A DNA stretch of 36,948 bases from NCBI GenBank assembly GCA_009886115.1, contig VFJJ01000048.1, positions 1 through 36,948 on the forward strand, given 5' to 3'. Position numbers and translations under genes: made by a program. The DNA is from Actinomycetota bacterium. GTDB lineage: Bacteria > Actinomycetota > Acidimicrobiia > IMCC26256 > VFJJ01. Below the pieces are notes generated by a model. It saw nothing but the letters and a program-made list of their open reading frames with translations, did not search any database and had not been told where the DNA came from. How positions within the stretch are numbered: position 1 is the first letter of the stretch; each line of letters begins with the position of its first letter. Positions 16,583 through 24,765 of this stretch are shown one piece after another.

Positions 16583-19303
16583 ATGACCGACAACGCACCC
16601 GATCCGCTCCGACCGTCGGAGTATCCCGCCCAGTGGGAGAGCGACGTCGTGCTGAGCGACGGGGGCACGCTCCACGTGAGGCCGGTACGACCCGAAGACA
16701 TCGCCGAGATGGAGGCCCTGCTCGCACGGACCTCACCCGAGTCGGTGTACTTCCGGTTCTTCTCACCCGTGCGCCAACTGTCGCGCTCGACCCTGGAGCG
16801 CTTCGCCAACGTCGACTACGTCGATCGCATGGCCTTCGTGGTCGAGGACGACGGTCGGCTCGTGGCCGTGGCCCGGTACGAGCGCACCCCCGGCAGCGAC
16901 GAGGCCGAGGTGGCGTTCCTCATCGAGGACCGTCACCATGGACGGGGCCTGGGCACACTCCTGCTCGAGCACCTCGCCGCTGCCGGACGGGCGCACAACC
17001 TCACGCGATTCTTCGCCGACACCTTGGCCGAGAACCAGAAGATGCTCGGCGTGTTCCGCAACGCCGGTTTCTCCATGACGACGTCGTCCGACGGAGCGGT
17101 CGTCACCGTGCGCTTCCCGATCGAGGAGACACCGGCCGTGGCTCGGGCCATCGAGGAGCGCGAGCACCGCTCGGAAGCCCGCTCGATCGCCCGAGTGCTC
17201 GCGCCCACGTCGATCGCCGTCGTCGGAGCAGCGCGCCAACCGGGCACGATCGGGCACGAGATCTTCCGCAACCTCATCATCGGGGGCTTCACGGGTCCGG
17301 TGTTCCCGGTGCACCCGAGCGCCCGGTCCATCGCCGGGGTTCGGGCCTACCCCCGGCTCGACGACATCCCCGACGACATCGATCTGGTGATCGTGGCCGT
17401 CCCGTCCGAAGCCGTGATGGACGTGCTGCGGAGCTGTCCGGCCAAGAACGTCCACGGGGTGGTGATCATCTCGAACGGCTTCGCCGAATCCGACGCCCAG
17501 GGCCGTCAGGCCGAGCACGAGATCGTCGCGTTCGCGCTCCGCCACGGCATCCGCATCATCGGGCCCAACTGCCTCGGCATCGTGAACACGGCGAGCAGCG
17601 TGATGATGAACGCCACTTTCGCCCCGGTCCGACCCGTGCCCGGTCGAGTCGCGCTCATGTCGCAGTCGGGCGCGATCGGCATCGCCGCGCTCCAGCAGGC
17701 CGCGGCGTCGGGGCTCGGGTTGTCGAGCTTCGTCTCGGTGGGCAACAAGGCCGACGTGAGCGGCAACGACCTGCTCCAGTATTGGGAGGACGACCCCGAG
17801 ACCGCCGTCGTCATGCTGTACCTCGAGTCGTTCGGCAACCCTCGGAAGTTCGCGCGGATCGCCCGCCGGGTGGCTCGCACCAAGCCGATCGTCGCGGTGA
17901 AGGCAGGCCGGTCGACCGCCGGAAACCGTGCTGCCGCTTCGCACACCGCGTCGGCAGCCACCAGCGATGTCGCGGTCGACGCGCTGTTCCACCAGACCGG
18001 CGTCATCCGGGTCGACACGCTCGGCGAGCTGTTCGACACGGCCCGCCTCCTGGCCACGCAGCCGGTGCCGAAGGGCCGACGGGTGGCGATCGTCGGCAAC
18101 TCCGGTGGCCCCATGATCCTCGCCGCCGACGCCTGCGCGGCCGGGGCGTTGCTGGTGCCCGAGCTCAGCCCCGAGACCCAGGCGGCGCTCCGGTCGTTCC
18201 TCCCCCCCACCGCGGCCGTGCGCAATCCCGTCGATCTCGTCGCCGCGGCATCGGCGGCCCAGTTCGAGCAGGCCGTCCGCACCCTGCTCGCCGATCCCGA
18301 GATCGATGCGCTCGTCGCCGTGTACACACCTCCGATCGTCACCCGCACCGAGGACATCCTCGCCGCGGTGAGCCGCGGGGCCACCTCGGCGCGCTCCGAC
18401 GTGCCCGTGCTCGCTGTCGTGCTCTCGGGCGAGCACCCCGATCCCGACGCATCGGGATCGGTACCCGTGTACCCGTTGCCCGAGCCGGCGATCCGCGCTC
18501 TCGCCCGGGCCGCCGATCACGGCGCCTGGCGGGACGCTCCCGTCGGTCACATGGCTCCCGTCGATCGTGCAACGGTGGGCTCGGCTCGCGTGATGGTCGA
18601 CGATGCTCTCGCCGGGCATCCCGACGGGACCTGGCTCGATCTCGATCGCAGCCGGGCCCTGCTGGGCTGCTTCGGGATACCGGTCATCGAGAGCCGCACG
18701 GCCGGCACGGCCGACGAGGTCGTCGCGGCGGCCAGGGCGATCGGCTTCCCCGTGGCGCTCAAGGCCGCCAACCCTCAGCTCGTCCACAAGACCGACGTGG
18801 GCGGGGTGCGCCTCGGCCTCGTCGACGCGGTCGCGGTCGAGCGCGCCCATGCCGAGATGATGGCCTCATTGGGCGATCGGCTCGGCGGGGTGCTCGTGCA
18901 GCCCATGGCTGGGAGTGGCGTCGAGACCATCGTCGGCGTGGTGAACGACCCGTCGTTCGGGCCGCTGGTCATGTTCGGTCTGGGTGGCATCGCCACCGAG
19001 CTCCTCGGAGATCGCCAGTTCCGAGTGCTCCCCCTGTCGAGCATCGACGCCACCGCGCTCGTGGCGTCGCTGCGCACTTCGCCGCTGCTGTTCGGCTATC
19101 GGGGAGCACCCCCGGTCGCCGTGGCCGCGCTCGAGGACCTCCTGGTTCGGGTTGCTCAGCTGGCCGAGCACGTGCCCGAGCTGGCCGAGCTCGACCTGAA
19201 TCCGGTGATCGCCCGGCCCGATGGGGTGCTCGCGCTCGACGTGAAGCTCCGCCTGATTCCAGCTCGGCCCCATCCCGAGTTGGCGGTTCGGCGACTCGAC
19301 TGA
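16583..19303 (+). CDS. GNAT acetyltransferase fused to ADP-forming acyl-CoA synthetase domains (Pat/PatA-type)
   Basis: N-terminal GNAT (AEVAFLIEDRHHGRGLGT), CoA-binding (IGPNCLG, SQSGA, GNKADV), ASHT, ATP-grasp (HKTDVGGV, FGPLVMFG, ELDLNP). Confidence 0.93.
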   Translation: MTDNAPDPLRPSEYPAQWESDVVLSDGGTLHVRPVRPEDIAEMEALLARTSPESVYFRFFSPVRQLSRSTLERFANVDYVDRMAFVVEDDGRLVAVARYERTPGSDEAEVAFLIEDRHHGRGLGTLLLEHLAAAGRAHNLTRFFADTLAENQKMLGVFRNAGFSMTTSSDGAVVTVRFPIEETPAVARAIEEREHRSEARSIARVLAPTSIAVVGAARQPGTIGHEIFRNLIIGGFTGPVFPVHPSARSIAGVRAYPRLDDIPDDIDLVIVAVPSEAVMDVLRSCPAKNVHGVVIISNGFAESDAQGRQAEHEIVAFALRHGIRIIGPNCLGIVNTASSVMMNATFAPVRPVPGRVALMSQSGAIGIAALQQAAASGLGLSSFVSVGNKADVSGNDLLQYWEDDPETAVVMLYLESFGNPRKFARIARRVARTKPIVAVKAGRSTAGNRAAASHTASAATSDVAVDALFHQTGVIRVDTLGELFDTARLLATQPVPKGRRVAIVGNSGGPMILAADACAAGALLVPELSPETQAALRSFLPPTAAVRNPVDLVAAASAAQFEQAVRTLLADPEIDALVAVYTPPIVTRTEDILAAVSRGATSARSDVPVLAVVLSGEHPDPDASGSVPVYPLPEPAIRALARAADHGAWRDAPVGHMAPVDRATVGSARVMVDDALAGHPDGTWLDLDRSRALLGCFGIPVIESRTAGTADEVVAAARAIGFPVALKAANPQLVHKTDVGGVRLGLVDAVAVERAHAEMMASLGDRLGGVLVQPMAGSGVETIVGVVNDPSFGPLVMFGLGGIATELLGDRQFRVLPLSSIDATALVASLRTSPLLFGYRGAPPVAVAALEDLLVRVAQLAEHVPELAELDLNPVIARPDGVLALDVKLRLIPARPHPELAVRRLD

Positions 19304-19426
19304 CGCGGGGCGCGGACTCGTCGGCACTGGGCGCGGCACACTCGAGGCGGCCGGTCGGCGCGTGGAGCGCGTCGACGGGGGCCGGTCTGATGCCGAAACG
19401 GGCTCGACTGATCAGAATGGCGAACC

Positions 19427-20191
19427 ATGCAGACCCATCGATACCTCGACAAGGTCGTCGTGATCACCGGCGGCGGCGCCGGCATCGGTCGCCGTTACGC
19501 GCATCGGTTCGCCGACGAGGGCGCACACATCGTCGTGGCCGACCGCGACCTGGCCGCAGCACAGCAGGTCGTCTCCGAGCTCGCCGCTCTCGAGCGACAG
19601 GCCCTCGCCTGTGAGATGGACGTCACCGACCAGGCGGCCGTCGACGCCATGGTCTCGGCCACCGTCACCCGCTTCGGCGGTATCGACGTGCTCGTCAACA
19701 ACGCGGCGATCCACCACGACGATGCGCAGCTCCCGTTCACGGCCGAGGCCATCGCACTGTGGCGGGCGGTGCTCGACGTGAACGTGATCGGGGCGCTGAT
19801 CTGCGCGACGGCCTGCCGAGCGGCCATGGCGGGTCGCCAGGCGTCGATCATCAACCACTCCTCGATGGCTGCCTGGCTCGGCGGGTCGGCCTACGGGGTG
19901 TCGAAGCTGGCGCTCAACGCCCTCACCGTCGGATTGGCCGAGGCCTTCGCCGTCGACGGTGTCCGCGTCAACGGGATCGCCCCCGGCCTCGTCGACTCCG
20001 AGACCTCGGTGGCGTGGATGGGCCGCCACGAAGGCATCGAGCAGGCCCTCGTGGGGCACCAGATCATCCAGCGACTCGGCCGGATGGACGACCTGGCCGA
20101 CACGGCCCTCTTCCTGTGCTCCGAGGCCGCCAGCTTCATCACCGGCCAGACACTGCTGGTCGACGGCGGCTACACGCGCAAGGCGTTCTGA
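19427..20191 (+). CDS. Short-chain dehydrogenase/reductase
   Basis: TGGGAGIG, NNAA, catalytic YGVSK, VRVNGIAPG, ITGQTLLVDGG. Confidence 0.95.
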   Translation: MQTHRYLDKVVVITGGGAGIGRRYAHRFADEGAHIVVADRDLAAAQQVVSELAALERQALACEMDVTDQAAVDAMVSATVTRFGGIDVLVNNAAIHHDDAQLPFTAEAIALWRAVLDVNVIGALICATACRAAMAGRQASIINHSSMAAWLGGSAYGVSKLALNALTVGLAEAFAVDGVRVNGIAPGLVDSETSVAWMGRHEGIEQALVGHQIIQRLGRMDDLADTALFLCSEAASFITGQTLLVDGGYTRKAF

Positions 20192-20220
20192 CACCGATCG
20201 TTCTGACACCCGTTCTGACC
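20184..20220 (+). repeat. Three direct copies of CGTTCTGAC at the SDR stop
   Basis: CGTTCTGACACC (20184-95, 20199-210) and CGTTCTGACC (20211-20). Confidence 0.85.
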
Positions 20221-20305
20221 CGATGAAACCCTGACGGGGCTGCTCATCGTCACTCCATGACACCGGGGAGCCGTGTGCTCCAAGCCGTTCCGGTACATCG
20301 GGTGA

Positions 20306-20620
20306 TCAGCGGGTCGCGCCCTTGCGGCTCGGTGTGGTCGACTCGAGGAGGTCGAGCAGGTCCCCGATGTTGTGGTTGCGCTCGAGCGCGTGACGTAACG
20401 GGCGTCGCGACTCGATCGTGTATCGGTTGCGGCGGCCAACCCGTTCCACCTGGACATATCCGGCCTCGGCCAGATCGGCGACGATCTTCTGGGCCGCCCG
20501 CTCGGTGATACCCACGACGGTGGCAACATCTCGAAGGCGGATCTCGGCGTCGCGACGGATGCACAGCAGCACGTGCGCGTGGTTGGTCAGGAAGGTCCAA
20601 GAGCTCGGGTGCTCACTCAT
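20306..20620 (-). CDS. Small winged-helix transcriptional regulator (MarR/AsnC-like HTH)
   Basis: WTFLTNHAHVLLCI...RLRDVA...GITERAAQKIVADL...RVGRRNRY. Confidence 0.88.
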   Translation of the reverse strand: MSEHPSSWTFLTNHAHVLLCIRRDAEIRLRDVATVVGITERAAQKIVADLAEAGYVQVERVGRRNRYTIESRRPLRHALERNHNIGDLLDLLESTTPSRKGATR

Positions 20621-20980
20621 CAGCGGCCAGTGTACGACCGAGGCGTCGACATGTGAAGGATGATTCGCTACTCCGGTATCGCTCACCGTTGCGCCGGTCC
20701 CGTCGGAGGAGGCGTCTTGGCCGCGGCGAGGCGCCCAGAAGGGCACGGGCGCCTCGAGCCAGCCAGCGGGACCCGGACGCCGAGGGGGCTCCCCGTCGGG
20801 TTGCAGCCACGAGTTGCTCGATCCTAGGGTTCGACCGTATTCCAGGGTCGAGCGGCACCGGTCGCAGCATCAGCTGCATCAGCTGAGGGGCGACATGGGG
20901 TGTCCCCGGCCTGGAACAGCGGCGCCGCCGTGCCGATGGCGCGGCGGATGTAACCAACGTCGATCAACAGGGGGAAACAC

Positions 20981-22471
20981 ATGCGGGTCAGGTCAGGGAG
21001 CAGGTGGGCGCGATTGCTCACGCTCGGAATGGTCATGGCACTTGCCGCCGCGGCATGCGGCGACGATGACGACGACGCGGCGGGCAGCGGCGATCCCACG
21101 ACCGCACCGGTCGCCGACGACGCCACGACCACGGCGCCCGCGGCGACCACCGCCCCGGCAGCCACGACCACGGCCGCCCCGGGCGACCCGACGACGACCA
21201 CCGCGGCCGTCGACCCGTCGATTCCGACCGTCGGTGCCGACGAGCGACTCGTAGCCGGAACCTGCTCCGAAGGCACGGCCAACGCCGATGAAGATCTCGG
21301 TATCACCGAGGACACGGCGAACATCGCGCTCGTCAGCATCGACTTCAAGCCCTTGGCCGACATCGGCTTCGCGGCCAGCGGTCTCGACGTCACGCAGATC
21401 GCGACGCCGTTCATCGACGCGATCAACGACGCCGGCGGCGTCTGCGGCCGTCAGATCGACTACCAGCCGGTGCTCTACAACATCCTCGCCCGCGAGGGCG
21501 GCGCCGCGTGCCTCAAGGTCACCGAGGACCGGCGCAACCTCATGGTCTTCGGTCAGGGCGGCTGGAACGAGACCACCTGTGTAGCCGAGGCCGGCACGAT
21601 CGTCATCGGTCAGCAGGACTTCGCGGAGTCTGCCGTCGAGGCGGCCGGGGGTGATCTCGGCATCATGTTCGCCGTTCCCCCGAGCATCGAGCAGGCCTTC
21701 AGGGCCTCGGTCCAGAACTACCTCCCCGAGCTCGAGGGTAAGAAGGTCGGCGTGTTCTACGGCGCCGTCTTCCCCCAGCACGGTGACGCGATCGAGGAGG
21801 TCGTACTCCCCATCCTCGACGAAGCCGGCATCGACTACATCTCCTACCGCACCGACTTCACCGGCCCGAGCGACCCGCAAGGCGCGGCGATCCAGTCGGC
21901 CGCAGCAACCGACTTCGTCGGCCAGGAGGTCGACATCGTTCTCGGCTTCACCCAGACAACCCACCACGTCGGTATCCAGGGCGAGATGGCAGCGCAGGGT
22001 CTGATCCCGACGTGGCTGTGGTCGAACGTCGGCTCCAACTCGGCCAACGAGCTGTTCGCCAAGGCGTTCAACGTTCAAGAGATCGCCGACGGCGAACGGA
22101 TCATGAGCTACACCAACCCCCCGTCGCTGACCGGCGACAAGGCGTGGGCGAAGTCGTGCAACGAGCAGTACGTCGAGCTCGGCGGCGAGGAGTTCGAGCC
22201 CGGTACCTTCGACTTCTCGGCAGTGGCCAACATCTGCGCGCAGATCGACCTGATGGCCGCGGTGCTTACCCAGGTCGGCCCCGAAGTGTCGCAGGAGAAG
22301 ATCGTGGCCTCGCTCGAGGGTCTCCCGCCCTTCCACATGCAGGGAACGCTGGTCCCCAAGCAGTGGGGTCCCGGAGTGCGTTTCGCGAGCAGGGGAATGC
22401 AGGAACTCGTCTACGACGGCTCCACCAACACCTACAGCATCCAAGGCGAGCTCATCGAGATCGCTCCGTAG
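20981..22471 (+). CDS. ABC substrate-binding lipoprotein, type 1 periplasmic-binding (Liv-like) fold
   Basis: LAAAAC lipobox, Thr/Ala linker, GITEDT, INDAGGVCGRQI; RBS AGGGG. Confidence 0.85.
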   Translation: MRVRSGSRWARLLTLGMVMALAAAACGDDDDDAAGSGDPTTAPVADDATTTAPAATTAPAATTTAAPGDPTTTTAAVDPSIPTVGADERLVAGTCSEGTANADEDLGITEDTANIALVSIDFKPLADIGFAASGLDVTQIATPFIDAINDAGGVCGRQIDYQPVLYNILAREGGAACLKVTEDRRNLMVFGQGGWNETTCVAEAGTIVIGQQDFAESAVEAAGGDLGIMFAVPPSIEQAFRASVQNYLPELEGKKVGVFYGAVFPQHGDAIEEVVLPILDEAGIDYISYRTDFTGPSDPQGAAIQSAAATDFVGQEVDIVLGFTQTTHHVGIQGEMAAQGLIPTWLWSNVGSNSANELFAKAFNVQEIADGERIMSYTNPPSLTGDKAWAKSCNEQYVELGGEEFEPGTFDFSAVANICAQIDLMAAVLTQVGPEVSQEKIVASLEGLPPFHMQGTLVPKQWGPGVRFASRGMQELVYDGSTNTYSIQGELIEIAP

Positions 22472-22495
22472 GGCTCGCCGATCTCCCATGTTGAA

Positions 22496-22527
22496 CGGGT
22501 GGCCGGTGCTCAGGCACCGGCCACCCG
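22496..22527 (+). terminator. Intercistronic stem-loop after the binding-protein gene
   Basis: Perfect 14-bp stem CGGGTGGCCGGTGC-TCAG-GCACCGGCCACCCG, followed by CGTTCTT. Confidence 0.75.
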
Positions 22528-22566
22528 CGTTCTTGCCGTCCGCACGAACGTTCCGAGGAGACATCA

Positions 22567-24765
22567 GTGGGTGACGAGCTCGAGGTTGACGCCGCGGATC
22601 TCACCGCAGCCGTCCTCGCCGAGGAGACCCAGCGCCGCGCCGAGCAGTCAGCCCGCGACGACGTGGTGCTGAGCAATCAGCTCCCGGGCGTCGGCGACAA
22701 ACGCATGTCGTTGCGGGAGTCGCTCGACGCGGGAGGTGGCGGACTCGTCGGCGTGCTGTGGTGTCACGGTGTCGTCGACGAGTGGCCGCGCGTCGCCATG
22801 CTCGTGTTGCTCCCCGACATCCAGGCGACGTTCGGTGTGAGCGACACCACCGTGCTCGGTGTCGCCGGCCTCTTCGGGCTGGTGCTGGTCCTCGGCTCAC
22901 TGCCGTTCGGGTGGATGGCCGATCGGCTCAACCGCATCCGCATCATGGCGGCCGGTGCCGCCATATGGGGCGCGTTCACGATGTTCATGGGCCTGGCCCC
23001 GTCGATCTTCATCTTTGCCCTGTTCGTGATCGGCAACGGGTTCGGCCAGGCCAGCCGCATCCCCAACTCGGCGTCGTTGCTCGCTGACGGCTATCCCCTC
23101 CAGGCCCGCAACACGATCTTCGCCATCGAGGCCTCGGCGCGACCGTTCGGACAGTTCACCGGTCCGTTCCTCGCCGGCGCGATCGCCGGGATGGCCGGCG
23201 GCGCCGAGGGTTGGCGCTGGGCCTTCTACATCTTCGCCATCCCGCCGATCATCCTCGTGTTCGTCACGCTGTTGCTCAAGCATCCCAAGCGCGGCCAGTA
23301 CGAGCAGCAGGATGTGCTGGGCGAGAGCCTGGGAACCGACAACGCAGGCCCGCCGATCTCGCTGTCGGCCGCGTTCGCTCGGCTGAAAAAGGTCCGGACC
23401 TTCTATTACATGGTCGTCGGCCTCGGGGCGATGGGCTTTGCCCTGTTTGCAGCACCGGGGCTCATGTCGCTCCTCCTCGAGGAGGAGTACGGCTACAACG
23501 CCGACAAACGAGGTTGGATCCTCGGCATCTCCTGGATACCGGCGATCATCATGGTCCCGATCGCCGGGCGTATCGGCGACAAGCTCTTCCGCAAGTCGCC
23601 GGAGCTCGTGCTGCGCCTGGCCGGGATTCTTATCGGGGTTTACGGCTTGGTCTTCACCGTGGGGCTCAGGTTCCACACGCCGGCCGTCCTCATCGTCATG
23701 TACGCCTTGGCCAACGGGTTCCAGGCCTCGGCGTTCGCGCTGACCGGCCCGACCATCGCCTCGGTGGTGCCCTACAAGATGCGATCGATGGCGTTCTCGC
23801 TCGTCGGTTTGTATCTCACGCTCATCGGAGGCGTGGGCGGGAACCTGCTCGGCGGGTCGATGAGCGACGAGTTCGGCGAGCGCACGGCGCTCACAGCGCT
23901 CGTCCCTCCGGCGATCATCCTCGGCTCGATCCTGGTCGTCTACGGCTCGCGCTACGTGAAGCGTGACCTCTCGCTCGTGGTCTCCGAGCTCAAGGAGGAA
24001 CAGCAGGAGCAGATCCGGATGGCCGATGACCCCGAGAACATCCCTGTGCTGCAGGTACGTAACCTCGATTACTCCTACGGCATGGTCCAGGTGCTCTTCG
24101 ACTGCCACCTCGACCTGGCCCAAGGTGAGGCGCTGGCCCTCCTCGGCACGAACGGCGCCGGTAAGTCGACCCTCCTCAAGGCCATCGCAGGACTGGGGAT
24201 CCCCGATCGCGGGGTCGTCAGGTTCCGAGGCCGCACGATCACCTTCGCGCCGGCCGAGTGGCGCGTCGGCCAAGGGATCATCCTCGTGCGCGGTGGGGCC
24301 GGCGTGTTCCCGGGCCTGTCGGTCGCCGAGAACTTCGAGATGTTCGCCACGTCGTTGAAGCTGTCGGCGGCCGAGTACCAGGAGCGATTGCAGTCGATCT
24401 TCGAGGTGTTCCCCATCCTCGAGGAACGCCAACGCCAGCGGGCCGGCAGCCTCTCGGGCGGCCAGCGCCAGATGCTGGCCCTGGCTCTGGCGCTCGTGCA
24501 CCGGCCCGAGGTGCTGATCATCGACGAGCTGTCGCTCGGGCTGGCCCCCATCGTCGTGCAGGAGCTGATCGGTGTCGTCGAACGCCTCAAGGAGCGGGGC
24601 CAGACGATGATCATCGTCGAGCAGTCGCTCAACATCGCGCTGGCGCTGTGCGATCGGGCCATGTTCATGGAGAAGGGCCGGATCCGCTTCGAGGGCCCCA
24701 CGAGCGAGCTTGCTGAGCGCGACGACATCGTGCACGCAGTGTTCCTCGGTTCGGCGCAGTCGTGA
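22567..24765 (+). CDS. MFS transporter fused to a LivF-type ABC ATPase
   Basis: 12-TM-like MFS domain with motif A (GWMADRLNR; GRIGDKLFR), then GTNGAGKST, LSGGQRQ, IIDELSLGLAP, IVEQ. RBS GAGGAG. Confidence 0.9.
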   Translation: MGDELEVDAADLTAAVLAEETQRRAEQSARDDVVLSNQLPGVGDKRMSLRESLDAGGGGLVGVLWCHGVVDEWPRVAMLVLLPDIQATFGVSDTTVLGVAGLFGLVLVLGSLPFGWMADRLNRIRIMAAGAAIWGAFTMFMGLAPSIFIFALFVIGNGFGQASRIPNSASLLADGYPLQARNTIFAIEASARPFGQFTGPFLAGAIAGMAGGAEGWRWAFYIFAIPPIILVFVTLLLKHPKRGQYEQQDVLGESLGTDNAGPPISLSAAFARLKKVRTFYYMVVGLGAMGFALFAAPGLMSLLLEEEYGYNADKRGWILGISWIPAIIMVPIAGRIGDKLFRKSPELVLRLAGILIGVYGLVFTVGLRFHTPAVLIVMYALANGFQASAFALTGPTIASVVPYKMRSMAFSLVGLYLTLIGGVGGNLLGGSMSDEFGERTALTALVPPAIILGSILVVYGSRYVKRDLSLVVSELKEEQQEQIRMADDPENIPVLQVRNLDYSYGMVQVLFDCHLDLAQGEALALLGTNGAGKSTLLKAIAGLGIPDRGVVRFRGRTITFAPAEWRVGQGIILVRGGAGVFPGLSVAENFEMFATSLKLSAAEYQERLQSIFEVFPILEERQRQRAGSLSGGQRQMLALALALVHRPEVLIIDELSLGLAPIVVQELIGVVERLKERGQTMIIVEQSLNIALALCDRAMFMEKGRIRFEGPTSELAERDDIVHAVFLGSAQS

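Noticed and set aside
16192..19614. 1140-aa ORF and the many other long Arg/Pro-rich overlapping or antisense ORFs
   Set aside because: Shadow frames typical of ~70% GC DNA, with no motifs, overlapping well-supported genes.
21120..21210. Thr/Ala repeats in the SBP as a repeat element
   Set aside because: Ordinary lipoprotein linker.
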